Assembly (NCBI RefSeq): GCF_001194135.2
Contig: NC_068981.1
Location: 138,880,920-138,918,111, forward strand
Source of the DNA: Octopus bimaculoides
Taxonomy: Eukaryota
Direction of reading: 5' to 3'
Length of the DNA stretch: 37,192 nucleotides
Notes under the pieces: generated by a model
Database searches by the model: none
The model's input: only the letters and a program-made list of their open reading frames with translations
What the model was told of the DNA's origin: nothing
Position numbers and translations under genes: made by a program
Shown here: positions 1 to 12,004 of the stretch, piece by piece
Layout of the letters: each line of letters begins with the position of its first letter
Position numbering within the stretch: the first letter of the stretch is position 1

Positions 1-239
1 CCTAACCCAACCTCTCAATCCGGCTCGTTCCCCTGCTCTCCTCGTTACCCCACCCCTACGCATTCCAACCCCATTATGCCTTTACATCCCATCCAACCTT
101 CAACCCATCCCTTACACCCCACCCTCGCCTTCCCCACACCACCACACCACACCACACCACACCATATCACACCACCCCACACACACACACTAGCACTGAC
201 CACTTTTCAGCACCCACACCAGCGCACACACTAGCAATG

Positions 240-960
240 ATACAAATATACAAATATACAAAGCCCAATATGACCACCCGTCTGATAAGGTTACACCAGG
301 CACATGCATCACAACCATATGTGCGCGACATGGTGATCTCATATCAACATTAACAGCGCATGACCTTGCAGGTGGGGCCCAGTTAGAATTTTCTTCTGGT
401 CGAGTGGCTCATCCCGTTCAAAAGATCTCTGAATAAAATTGTTTAAAGATGAGGAACGAAATACCCATGTTTCCAGAGGTGAATTATCCAAACCCCAAAG
501 GATTCCTCTCAAAACATGGCTATGATACTCCTCCACTACTGCTGCTCATGATCGGAGATGAACATATCATCAGCCACTAAGAGACATGCTCAACTGGTGA
601 AGATCAAGCAACTGACAAGCAAATCTGTGGTATTGAGCAGAATAGTTTCTGTAGCCAATTTTTTACACCAAGACAAAACATGTACATAGCACTTCCAATC
701 AGTTAAGCACTTCCAATCAGTTAAGCACTTCCAATCAGTTAAGCACTTCCAATCAATTAAGCACTTCCAATCAGTTAAGCACTTCCAATCAGTTAAGCAC
801 TTACAATCAGTTAAGCACTTCCAATCATTTAAGATCAAATGCTATGAGTGTCACTGCCTGGTATTGCATCAGAGCAAACGGATGTATATAAAACTCCGAG
901 AATTACCTGAGGTTGTTCGGATATTTGAACGTCTACCGCATCACATCATGTAAACACAGT
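240..960. mobile_element. Interspersed repeat of unresolved class (resembles a common Octopus repeat, possibly non-LTR derived), carrying an internal 18-bp tandem expansion
   Basis: Non-microsatellite sequence recalled as an abundant octopus repeat (e.g. minus strand CCAGTTGAGCATGTCTCTTAGTGGCTGATGATATG). No intact ORF, and the class cannot be assigned from sequence alone. Confidence 0.4.
688..831. repeat. 18-bp minisatellite, 8 copies of AGCACTTCCAATCAGTTA
   Basis: Eight contiguous units with three single-base variants (copies 4, 7, 8). This produces the DWKCLT repeat in ORF 590-838. Confidence 0.97.
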
Positions 961-1861
961 ATCTGTTTTTAAACACGTTAAATTTTTCCATAATTTTATT
1001 TTGTTTGTAGTAATTTTCACTATGATTTCTTCTATTAGAAGAGCAGTAAGAGATAGCAACAAGAAAGGAAACAGCATTGAATGGATTCTTTGGAGCAAAA
1101 CGAAAACTATCTTCTTATACACGAAAAGAGATTAAGAAAGAGATAAAAGGAATATTTGACGAAATATAGATACACTTTTAAACACAGTGACAATGCATAA
1201 ACCGAAAACGTAAATTTCACGACAAACAAAAAGTAAGAAAACAATATGTACGTAGTCAAGCCTCCAACATATACAGTGTACCCTGCTGGAAACGGGTACT
1301 TAGCCCTTCTCAGAGCCACAGCACACGTCGCAGCAGTGCTAGAAACCAGAGAAACCAATCCCACCTAAGGCGTACTAAGACGGACAGCAGGTGGACATTC
1401 GGGAGTCATGATTCGGATGTGACCCGAGCCACCTACCCCCCTAGAGTGTCAGAAGTTAAGGGCTGAAATACTTGCCTAAATGGGGTTTCTCCTCTGAGGA
1501 CCACCTGCTGTTACGATCCCCCCGAGCTTCTTTCCACTTTTCTTCCAATTTTATTATTTTGTTGTTGCGTGTGTTGCTAATCTCTCTTGTTGCTATACAC
1601 TCATATATACGTACATAAATACACACGTATATGTATCTATCCAATATAGATGAAGACGACAAATAGTTGTAACATCGCCTATGAGGACAGATTCTCTCGT
1701 CTGCAGTAAACAACAAAGCAACATTGTTATTTCAACCACACAGGTTAGAATTCTTAATAAGCTAAGACTTTTCATACTAGTAAACAGTCAACGAGGGACT
1801 TAATCCATACATTACGAAGGTATTTTGCTATTTACATATGTGTGTGTCTATTACATATATT

Positions 1862-1873
1862 TATCTATCTGTC

Positions 1874-1923
<50 letters not shown>
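1862..1923. repeat. (ATCT)n microsatellite
   Basis: Directly visible. Confidence 0.95.
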
Positions 1924-1924
<1 letters not shown>

Positions 1925-2022
1925 ATGTAAAATTAATGTACGACTATTTTATACGCGCTAGCCACAGGTAGAAAAGTTTCTATAATTTTCCTACCGTGTA
2001 TATTTTCTAATTATATATATAT

Positions 2023-2783
2023 NNNNNNNNNNNNNNNNNNNNNNNNNNNNNNNNNNNNNNNNNNNNNNNNNNNNNNNNNNNNNNNNNNNNNNNNNNNNNN
2101 NNNNNNNNNNNNNNNNNNNNNNNNNNNNNNNNNNNNNNNNNNNNNNNNNNNNNNNNNNNNNNNNNNNNNNNNNNNNNNNNNNNNNNNNNNNNNNNNNNNN
2201 NNNNNNNNNNNNNNNNNNNNNNNNNNNNNNNNNNNNNNNNNNNNNNNNNNNNNNNNNNNNNNNNNNNNNNNNNNNNNNNNNNNNNNNNNNNNNNNNNNNN
2301 NNNNNNNNNNNNNNNNNNNNNNNNNNNNNNNNNNNNNNNNNNNNNNNNNNNNNNNNNNNNNNNNNNNNNNNNNNNNNNNNNNNNNNNNNNNNNNNNNNNN
2401 NNNNNNNNNNNNNNNNNNNNNNNNNNNNNNNNNNNNNNNNNNNNNNNNNNNNNNNNNNNNNNNNNNNNNNNNNNNNNNNNNNNNNNNNNNNNNNNNNNNN
2501 NNNNNNNNNNNNNNNNNNNNNNNNNNNNNNNNNNNNNNNNNNNNNNNNNNNNNNNNNNNNNNNNNNNNNNNNNNNNNNNNNNNNNNNNNNNNNNNNNNNN
2601 NNNNNNNNNNNNNNNNNNNNNNNNNNNNNNNNNNNNNNNNNNNNNNNNNNNNNNNNNNNNNNNNNNNNNNNNNNNNNNNNNNNNNNNNNNNNNNNNNNNN
2701 NNNNNNNNNNNNNNNNNNNNNNNNNNNNNNNNNNNNNNNNNNNNNNNNNNNNNNNNNNNNNNNNNNNNNNNNNNNNNNNNNNN
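2023..2783. other. Assembly gap (N). Other gaps: 3451-3820, 8813-9590, 10461-10582, 12852-13195, 18401-18515, 21060-21713, 22163-22611, 23075-23218, 24864-25570, 30138-30657, 31365-31570, 33477-34141, 35884-36355
   Basis: Runs of N, mostly bordered by (TA)n/(CA)n microsatellites. Confidence 1.
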
Positions 2784-3356
2784 NTATATATATATATATA
2801 TATATATATGCTTAGAAATAACGAGATGGGTCAAACTGTCTGGAGATAAAACGTCAGAAAGTATTTGTTCATGTTTGCTGCATATTGGATGTTATTAAAG
2901 CAGTAAAGTCAGTTTATAATTTTAAGATAGCTCATCTTAAAATCGTTGCAAAATATCTCCTGTAAACTGAACTCTATCTTTCTATACGTAGGTGAAAAGT
3001 CTACTGTCGGAAATTTATATCATATAGCTATGTAAATTAGATGCTAATCATCCTTAATATAAAAAAAATATACAGGCTTACGTGAGCTAAGAAATAAAAA
3101 GCTAATTCAGTAAATATTTTGAAATGCCATTACTAATGGTACGATTCACATATCTGTTACTGACAAATCTCTTCAAGATTAAAATGATCCATGCACCATG
3201 CTGTTCACGAGCCGAGGCAAACAATTAATATTCTTACAAATCACACACGGGATGTTAGCAAAGAATTATTATGAATTTATTCATTTAGAAGGAACGAAAA
3301 GATAATTAATTAAAGGGTATAAAAGAAGTACCATTTGAAGGGTAAAGGGAAATAAA

Positions 3357-3883
3357 ATATACATTAAAAGAGTAAACTCACCTACATTTGTTTTGCCATA
3401 TAATTTTTCGAGGCTTTCAATATTCTGTATATATATATATATATATATATNNNNNNNNNNNNNNNNNNNNNNNNNNNNNNNNNNNNNNNNNNNNNNNNNN
3501 NNNNNNNNNNNNNNNNNNNNNNNNNNNNNNNNNNNNNNNNNNNNNNNNNNNNNNNNNNNNNNNNNNNNNNNNNNNNNNNNNNNNNNNNNNNNNNNNNNNN
3601 NNNNNNNNNNNNNNNNNNNNNNNNNNNNNNNNNNNNNNNNNNNNNNNNNNNNNNNNNNNNNNNNNNNNNNNNNNNNNNNNNNNNNNNNNNNNNNNNNNNN
3701 NNNNNNNNNNNNNNNNNNNNNNNNNNNNNNNNNNNNNNNNNNNNNNNNNNNNNNNNNNNNNNNNNNNNNNNNNNNNNNNNNNNNNNNNNNNNNNNNNNNN
3801 NNNNNNNNNNNNNNNNNNNNTGAAAGCCCCGAAAAATTATATGGAAAAACAAATGTAGGTGAGTTTATCCTTTTAATGTATAT
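3357..3883. repeat. 63-bp inverted repeat (3357-3419 / 3821-3883) flanking a gap
   Basis: Reverse complement of the left arm (TGAAAGCCTCGAAAAATTATATGGCAAAACAAATGTAGGTGAGTTTACTCTTTTAATGTATAT) matches the right arm with 4 mismatches. Confidence 0.9.
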
Positions 3884-4168
3884 ATATGATAGAAATATGT
3901 TACAAAAACAAAATAGAAACTTCACTTGGAAATGTAAGGGGAAAGTAAGAAAAAAATAAGCGAAAATGCACATTGGAAATCAAAAAAATTAAAGGCTTTT
4001 TATGAAAAGTAACGATAGATATATACAATTAGATGAACTGAGGTAGGAATAAAAGTAATAAAAGTCATTATTGTGAATTGTTAAAGAGATTCAAAAGCAT
4101 ACCGGTTTCGTAATGTTACTATCATTGCTTACGCGCACACATACGCTCGCGCGCATATAACTCACACT

Positions 4169-4468
4169 CTGTCGGTCAGACGACGAGCGTTCCAGTTGAT
4201 CCGATCAACGGAACAACCTGCTCGAGAAATTAACGTGCAACTAGCTGAGCACTGCACAGACACGTGTACCCTTAACGTAGTTCTCAAGGGGATTCAACGT
4301 AACATAGAATGTGACAAGGCTGGTCCTTTGAAATACAGATACAACTCATTTTTGCCAGCTGAGTGGAATGGAGCAACGTGAAATAAAGCGTCTTGTTCAA
4401 GAATACAACACGTCGCCAGGAATCGATCGTGAGCCGAATACTCTAACCACTACGTCACGCGCCTCCAC
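4169..4468 (-). mobile_element. tRNA-derived SINE (family with the GGAGCAACGTGAAATAAAG core; cephalopod type)
   Basis: tRNA-like head on the minus strand (GTGGAGGCGCGTGACGTAGTGGTTAGAGTATTCGGCTCACGATCG). Core is shared with 11200-11483. Confidence 0.75.
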
Positions 4469-4543
4469 ATATATATTGATGTGAATATATCTGAAATATA
4501 TTAGGTGTATACAATATACATACATATAAATATATATATTTAG

Positions 4544-5060
4544 GTTGGCTGAGGACGATAATATGCAGTTTAATGAAGGAAAATTCCAAGCCCTGAGCAA
4601 CTAAAAGACGAAGCTGAATGAAAATCAAACAGAATACACTGGCCCAGGAGGGATTACAATCCCAGAATCAAAATCAGTGCGCGACCTGGGTATTGACATG
4701 AGTAATGATGCATCTTTTGCAGGTGCACATTACTAAATCGGCAATAAAATGGTCCCCTGGAGAAGATTTGTCCTCAGCCGGTTTGATTACTGCTCCCAAC
4801 TATGGTCACCAGAGAGAGTAAAATTACAGCAAAGCTACTCATAGAAGATTGTCTCAATGTCACGTGTCAGCTGCTGGGAGAGACTGAGAAAGTTAAGAAC
4901 GTAGGCGGGAAAGATATGTAGAGATATACATCTGGAAAATCCTAGAACTTGTATCAGACTTTGACATTGAAAGTTACACAAACATAGGAACGTGAAGCCA
5001 CTGCATAGCATCAAAAATCCCAACATTGCCAACGGGATACATTATAAATGTATTATGTAT
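4544..5060 (+). mobile_element. CR1/L2-group LINE, decayed RT C-terminal fragment
   Basis: Translates with frameshifts to WAEDDNMQFNEGKFQAL...SVRDLGIDMSNDASF...VLSRFDYCSQLWSP...WERLRKL...RERYVEIYIWKIL, typical post-RT motifs of CR1/L2/Jockey-group LINEs. Confidence 0.85.
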
Positions 5061-5410
5061 ATATGAATCAGAATTTCAGGTCTTTCCTGAACATGATGGA
5101 TCACCTAGGACTGTGCAGACCAGTGTCTGAGGTGGGGTTATATATATTGCTCGCGACTCAATGAAGGATACTACTCTTCACAGCTTTTCAGCCTACCAAC
5201 TCCAGCCAAGACCTCTACCGACCGTCGAATATAACCCTTACGGACTAGTATTCCACCAAAACTCAGTTTTGCCCGACATCAGGGTTAATAAAGTTTACGG
5301 ACACATATGAGTATAAAGAAATACTCAAAAAACGAGGAAGAGCCAACAGCTATACATATATATATATATGAATACATACCTATGAAATATATTTATGAAT
5401 ATAGTCGAAA

Positions 5411-5616
5411 GCATGGATAGGTTGTTAAGAAGTTCGCTTTGCAACCACACGTTTTTGGTTTAATCCCTCTGCGCAGCACCTTGAGCAAGTGTCTTCTACT
5501 ACAGCCTACCAGTTCGGCAAAAGAGATCGATGAAATAAATACCAGACTTGATGTAAGTATTGCAGTTAATTTGTTCGACTTCTAGCACGACCACGCTCCA
5601 GTGACTGAAACAAATA
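5411..5616 (+). mobile_element. tRNA-derived SINE, Octopus family A, internally deleted
   Basis: Head (AAGAAGTTCGCTTTGCAACCAC...GCACCTTGAGCAAGTGTCTTCTACT) and 3' part (TTCGGCAAAAGAGATCGAT...TGACTGAAACAA) match the other copies in the window. Confidence 0.8.
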
Positions 5617-5854
5617 ATGTGCGTGTGTGTGTGTGTATGTTCATCCGTACACGCACATACATATATGAATACATATGTGCGTGTATGCGTGTGTGCGTGT
5701 GCATGTATGCGTGTGTGTGTGTATGTATAAATTGTATTACATATATGAAAATACATTCAGATGTGTGTAGGTGCAACTAAGTATGTAAAGTATCAATTTA
5801 TATATACATACGTACATTCACCACCACCACCTCCACTACACACACACACTCATA

Positions 5855-7147
5855 TTAGATTGTCCAGAAAGTTCTGAGCGTTTTTAAGCTAAATTTTTTT
5901 AACGTTTAATGAAGCGTTAAAAAATTTCAATGGAACACACCTGAAACGTAACACAGTTAAAATTTTGGCGTTGCTTGAAGTGGTAGTGCATCTCTTCTTT
6001 GTTCCTGACTAAAAATAGATTTATCTTTCATTCTGGTTGCCCTTTATTAACATTTGAAATGGATAACCAAAAATTTCATATTCTCGTTGTAATGCTTTTA
6101 TTTTTTAAAAAAAGGAGAAAATTCTTCAAAGACTTGCAAAAACATTTGTGAAGTTTATGGTGATGATGCTGGATGTGAATCAACTGTTCGAAGGTGGTTT
6201 GCAAAATTTAAAGCTGGAGATTTTAACTTAGAAGATGATAGTCGCAGTGAAGGACCTTCAAAATTGGATGAAGATATTTTGAAGGCAAAAATCCAAGAAA
6301 CCTCAAATATTACAATTAGAGAGCTTACAGAGGAGTTGGAAGTTTCTAAAAGCACGGCTCATGAACACCTAGTGAGACTACGATATATTTCTCGCTATAA
6401 TGTATGGGTTCCTCACAAACGCTCAGAAAAAAATTGCTTAGACAAGTATTCCGTTTGTAATGCGCTTTTGAAATGGAACGAAAGCATACCTTTTTTAAAC
6501 AACTTGTAACTGGAGATGAAAAATGGATTGTGTACGAAAACTTATTGCGAAAAAGATCCTGGAGTTTACGTAAGGATCTTCCAAATCAGCAATCAAAGAC
6601 GAATATCCATTCCAAAAAAGCTATGTTTTATGTTTGGTGGGATCATAGAGGCATTATTTATTATGAGCTTCTCCCACAAAACCAGACTATTAATTTTGAT
6701 GTGTACTATCGTCAGCTAGCTAATTTGAACCAAAAATTAACACCGGAGATTGCCAACAGGAAAGGGGGGATCGCTCCAACAAGACAATGCCTGACCACAT
6801 GTGCCTTTGGCTACCCGAACAAAGTTACATGAATTTGGCTGGGATCTCTTGCCCCATCCACCATATTCTCCTGATATTACGCCATCCGACTACCACTTGT
6901 TTTTGTCTCTATAGAATTCATTGAAAGGAAAAACATTTAACGATTTAGATGGAGTTATCTCGATAACTTTTTTTCTTCAAAACCAATCAAATTTTATGTT
7001 GATGGAATATTTAAATTGCCTGACAGATGGGCAAAGGTCATAGATAATAATGGAAATTATTTCATTCACTAAAATTTATTGGAAGGTTAATTATTTATAT
7101 CCCTTTTTGCATATTAAAAAACGCTCAGAACTTTCCGGACAACCTAA
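5855..7147 (+). mobile_element. Full-length mariner (DD34D) DNA transposon, 1293 bp
   Basis: TIRs TTAG(A/G)TTGTCC(A/G)GAAAGTTCTGAGCGTTTTT with 2 mismatches in 31 nt; TA TSD at 5853-5854 and 7148-7149; encodes a transposase pseudogene. Confidence 0.97.
6059..7072 (+). pseudogene. Mariner transposase pseudogene
   Basis: ATG at 6059; HTH region (VRRWFAKFKAGDFNLED), WVPHK, TGDEKW, QDNA*PH, PHPPYSPDITPSDYHLF. 34 residues counted between the 2nd and 3rd Asp. Several frameshifts and in-frame stops. Confidence 0.95.
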
Positions 7148-7414
7148 TATATACAGGAGTACGACGAGCAGGACGAACATGAAAAGGAGAATAACGTAAC
7201 ATTGTATTCGTAATTATCTACATATGCTTCTAAGTTTGGTAAATGCGTTATATTAAAAACGATAAAAATGATTTAAAATTCAAATTAGCCAATTCGCTCC
7301 TAACCAGAGCGGCTTAGAAGCTGAAATTTGTTTTTCCCTAACTAAATAAACGGTTAAATATTTAGAATCTTTACGCATAGATACATACATATACGTACTT
7401 ATATTATATTACAT

Positions 7415-7465
7415 GTGTGTGTGTGTTCGGGTGTGTGTGTGTGTTTGAGTATGTGTGTTTGACTC

Positions 7466-7529
<64 letters not shown>

Positions 7530-7802
7530 ATTATATATGGATATATTTTATATGTTTCGTTTTGGGATTTGGTTTGCAAGATTTTTTATGTGATTTCGTG
7601 TGTTGAAGCATATTCTGTTGTGTCTGGGGAGAGTCATTTTCTTATCGTGCCTTAAAATTTAACACACTCACCGGTAAAATTTCCACTTATTTCTTATTTT
7701 TATTTTCCTAAAATTTTCGTTGCGCCTTGCAACCTTTTCAATAGTCTTGACTCTTTTATATATGTGTATGTATGTATGTATATACATATATATATTTACA
7801 CA

Positions 7803-7901
<99 letters not shown>

Positions 7902-7981
7902 CCACACATACATACATATATAATTATATATATATATCCAAAATTAGGAAATGGAGTGTGTGTGTGTGTTGTATATATATT

Positions 7982-8038
<57 letters not shown>
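7415..8038. repeat. Compound (GT)n/(TA)n/(CA)n microsatellites flanking a short repeat
   Basis: Directly visible; explains the ORFs at 7455-8101. Confidence 0.9.
7550..7755. mobile_element. Short interspersed repeat fragment related to 14965-15060 (possibly PLE terminal sequence)
   Basis: GCAAGATTTTTTATGTGATTTCGTGTGTTGAA...TGGGGAGAGTCATT aligns with GCAAGATTCTTGATGTTGATACGTGTGTTGAA...TTGGGAGAGGCATT. Minus-strand translations LPRHNRICFNTRNHIKNL and LPRFHCISFNTRINIKNL are similar. Confidence 0.5.
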
Positions 8039-8041
<3 letters not shown>

Positions 8042-9665
8042 GGAAATTACAACGCGAAAGGGAGAAGGCTTAACAAATATGGTATTAACTTAACGCTTTA
8101 ATGGAAAGAGAAAAAGTGTTAAGTTTTCGGATGCTTAATACATCAACATTTGGTTACAAACGTTATGTATCGTCCTCACTGTATAAATGCAGATAATATA
8201 AGAGATGTCAGGATATTTGTTTACTGAATTTTAGAGTTTTGAAAGAAAATACCTAAACGGTGATAAAAGAAGGACCTTAATTTATATTTGTAACCATTAA
8301 ATCATTTATATTTGGTGGCATACTGATTTTCCACCCTAAAGTTATCCATCTTTCAACGTACATTTCTACACTTACGAAAAACAAGGTAACTTGCTTAAAT
8401 TTTTCTTCGGTTGTTTCTACACTTTATTACACCTCTTCCAAATATGGTGAGATTTTATATGTAATTTCTTCCTTACAGTAGTATTATGGTTGTTTATCTC
8501 AAAGATTACTTTTTTCACTATAGATATTATTAGATTCTGCGAAAAATCTATTCTTATCACTGGTACGAGTTCTTTTGCGATTAAAATATTTCCTCTTTGA
8601 GACATTCGAGTGAAAATTTGAAAAGCATATTAATGCTTAAAATGTATTGTCATCTTGATTATTTAATGAGGCTTAACAGAAAGTCATTAATATACTTTTA
8701 TATACTTATACATATACGTACATCCCTAAACTAGACACGCATGCACGTGTATGTATATGTGTACGTGTGTAAAAAAATTATGTGTCTATACATATATATA
8801 TATATATATATANNNNNNNNNNNNNNNNNNNNNNNNNNNNNNNNNNNNNNNNNNNNNNNNNNNNNNNNNNNNNNNNNNNNNNNNNNNNNNNNNNNNNNNN
8901 NNNNNNNNNNNNNNNNNNNNNNNNNNNNNNNNNNNNNNNNNNNNNNNNNNNNNNNNNNNNNNNNNNNNNNNNNNNNNNNNNNNNNNNNNNNNNNNNNNNN
9001 NNNNNNNNNNNNNNNNNNNNNNNNNNNNNNNNNNNNNNNNNNNNNNNNNNNNNNNNNNNNNNNNNNNNNNNNNNNNNNNNNNNNNNNNNNNNNNNNNNNN
9101 NNNNNNNNNNNNNNNNNNNNNNNNNNNNNNNNNNNNNNNNNNNNNNNNNNNNNNNNNNNNNNNNNNNNNNNNNNNNNNNNNNNNNNNNNNNNNNNNNNNN
9201 NNNNNNNNNNNNNNNNNNNNNNNNNNNNNNNNNNNNNNNNNNNNNNNNNNNNNNNNNNNNNNNNNNNNNNNNNNNNNNNNNNNNNNNNNNNNNNNNNNNN
9301 NNNNNNNNNNNNNNNNNNNNNNNNNNNNNNNNNNNNNNNNNNNNNNNNNNNNNNNNNNNNNNNNNNNNNNNNNNNNNNNNNNNNNNNNNNNNNNNNNNNN
9401 NNNNNNNNNNNNNNNNNNNNNNNNNNNNNNNNNNNNNNNNNNNNNNNNNNNNNNNNNNNNNNNNNNNNNNNNNNNNNNNNNNNNNNNNNNNNNNNNNNNN
9501 NNNNNNNNNNNNNNNNNNNNNNNNNNNNNNNNNNNNNNNNNNNNNNNNNNNNNNNNNNNNNNNNNNNNNNNNNNNNNNNNNNNNNNNNNNTATATATATA
9601 TATATATATATATTGAGAAAGAGAGAGTGTGTGCGATTTGAATACATATATTACATATTATATAC

Positions 9666-9848
9666 GTCACTACGTGACTGAAGGCACCAGTCAGTACCAG
9701 TATTGCTAGAAATAAGAGTTATTACAACTCATAGCCACAAGAAGTACCTTATCTTAATGACCTTATCTTATCTTGTGGCTATGAGTTGTTTTAACTCTTA
9801 TTTCTAGCAATGCTGGTGCTGACTAGTGCCCACAGTCAGTTCAGTGAC
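9666..9848. mobile_element. Palindromic MITE-like element (arms about 77 bp, 28-bp spacer)
   Basis: 9666-9742 is the near-perfect reverse complement of 9771-9848; lies in a TA-rich flank; a partial relative is at about 23348-23440. Confidence 0.8.
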
Positions 9849-9923
9849 ATATGTATTTCTGCCTTGCGATTGTAAAATTGCGAAAAAGCTACCCTTATTA
9901 TTTATATTATATTATATGTATGT

Positions 9924-10070
9924 TATTAGCGGCATTTCGTCCGTCCTTACGTTCTGAGTTCAAATTTCGCCGAGGTCGACTTTACATTTTATTCTTTCGG
10001 GGTCGATATATCAGTCAATGTAATCGACTTACCTCGAAATTACTCGCCTTGTAACCAAATGGGAAACCAA
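9924..10070 (+). mobile_element. tRNA-derived SINE, family B (core CCTTTCATCCTTTCGGGGTCGATAAA), partial
   Basis: B-box GAGTTCAAATT followed by the GCCGAGGTCGACTTT core, as in 16421-16633. Confidence 0.8.
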
Positions 10071-10132
10071 TATATTATATGTATGTGTGAAACTCTTTGT
10101 ATCTATATACTTTAGACGCGTAGATACATGTA

Positions 10133-11151
10133 CAGTAATCCCTCGACTATCGCGGGTGTTACGTTCCAAAATATCCCGCGATGGGTGAAAATCCGCGAAG
10201 TAGAAACAGTACTGTAATGTATATATTTTTTTATGATACTCTTTTATTTGTTTCAGTCATTTGACTGCGGTCATGATGGAGCACCGCCATTAGTCGAACG
10301 AATCGACCTCTGGACTTATTCTTTGTAAACCTAGTACTTATTCTATCGGGCTCTTTTGCCAAACTGCTAAGTTACAGGGACGTAAAAACACCAGCACCGG
10401 TTGTCAGGTGATGGTGGGGGGTACAAACACAGACACACACACACACACATCGTATATATANNNNNNNNNNNNNNNNNNNNNNNNNNNNNNNNNNNNNNNN
10501 NNNNNNNNNNNNNNNNNNNNNNNNNNNNNNNNNNNNNNNNNNNNNNNNNNNNNNNNNNNNNNNNNNNNNNNNNNNNNNNNNNATATATGTGTGTGTGTGT
10601 GTATATATATATATATACGATGGGCTTTTTTCAGTTTCCGTCTACCAAATCCACTCACAAGGCTTTGGTCTGCCCGAGGCTACAGTAGAAGACACTTACC
10701 CAAAGTGCCACGCAGTGGGACTGAACCCGGAACCATATGGTTGGGAAGCAAGCTACTTACCGCACAGCCACTCCTATATATTTATTTTATTATAAATGCA
10801 AAAACAATACCACACACCCGCCACCCGAGTTCCGTTTTCCATACAGTATGTGCGATTCTTTGTTTACTCATTTACGATACACTACGCATTTTCTTTTACT
10901 ATATTTCAATTAAGGTGTTATACAGTGCAGTACTGTACTTTATCTTTATTCATCAATTTATTAATTTTTAGGCGTGAAAATGTTTATTTTACCACAGAAA
11001 TAATTAAAGTCTAAAAATGTATAAATACCTATCAACAGCAGAAACCCAAGATATACTGAGAAGTCCGCGATATAAATTTACATATATTAGTCAGAAAATC
11101 CGCGATGTACTGAGTGCGTGATAGGTAAACCGCGTTATGGCGAGGAATTAC

Positions 11152-11153
<2 letters not shown>
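10133..11153. mobile_element. Non-autonomous Tc1/mariner-superfamily (pogo/Tigger-like) element with a nested SINE
   Basis: TIRs CAGTAATCCCTCG...CGAGGAATTACTA, TA at both ends, repeated subterminal AAAATCCGCGA motifs. Confidence 0.75.
10241..10775 (-). mobile_element. tRNA-derived SINE family A, full length with central microsatellite/gap
   Basis: Head AGGAGTGGCTGTGCGGTAAGTAGCTTGCTTCCCAACC...GGGTTCAGTCCCACTGCGTGGCAC (A and B boxes); 3' end TGACTGAAACAAATAAAAG. Confidence 0.9.
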
Positions 11154-11182
<29 letters not shown>

Positions 11183-11199
11183 TAATAATGTACTCTCCC

Positions 11200-11483
11200 A
11201 TCGAAGACGACGTATGAGCGTTTAGCTTTTTGCCGAATGACCGGCACAAATGATTTGTTTAAAGTGATCAAATGTTCGTGCCGCACATTATCTCAATCTC
11301 TCCATCGAAACGACGTTGGTTTCAACATATGCACTGTGTACCATACAGTGTCGAAGCGAGCGCAGAGCAACGTGAAATGAAGTCTTTTGCTCTATAACAC
11401 ATCGTACCACCCGGTCTAGGAATTAAAACTACAATCTCGCGATCGTGAGTGCAATATCTTAACCAGTAGGCTATGCGCCCTCA
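11200..11483 (-). mobile_element. tRNA-derived SINE, related to 4169-4468
   Basis: Shared GAGCAACGTGAAATGAAGT core and tRNA-like head. Confidence 0.7.
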
Positions 11484-11512
11484 TATGTATATGTATAAAT
11501 GTAAATATATAC

Positions 11513-11529
11513 ACACACACACAAACACA

Positions 11530-11568
<39 letters not shown>

Positions 11569-11588
11569 ACACACACACACACACACAT

Positions 11589-11641
<53 letters not shown>
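11513..11641. repeat. (CA)n + (AGAT)n microsatellite
   Basis: Directly visible. Confidence 0.95.
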
Positions 11642-12004
11642 AATTACATTTAACAAGTGTAATTCATATATATATTCACAAATTTCCTTATTTCAATTAT
11701 GAATCATATTCCTTTCTATAATATTAATATGATTACAAAACTTCTTTGGTTGACACTAATTTTCAAATAAAACCCTCGATTCAATAACACCGTGTTTAAA
11801 CTCTATACTTGGAATGACCAATTTTAAATACTATTGGAACTTGCTCACAAGTAACTGAAATGTTATATGTATACCATTCTGCCTAAATAATGGATCTACA
11901 AATGCAATATCCTTACATATCTCACGTCTATTTTCATTCCGCCACTTCACTCTCTATTTCATATCTTATCTAGAATAACTATTGCTTAACCAACTTCTCA
12001 CACC

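Noticed and set aside
1-230. Pro/His-rich coding sequence
   Set aside because: C/A-rich low-complexity (CACAC) sequence without supporting splice or codon signals
688-831. CRISPR-like array or repetitive Cys/Trp protein (DWKCLT)n
   Set aside because: Contiguous tandem units with no spacers in eukaryotic DNA; the ORF is a by-product of an 18-bp period
7690-7750. Minus-strand GTTGC-AAGGC-GCAAC-GAAA as a hammerhead
   Set aside because: The upstream core reads CTATTGA rather than CTGANGA, and stem I cannot form
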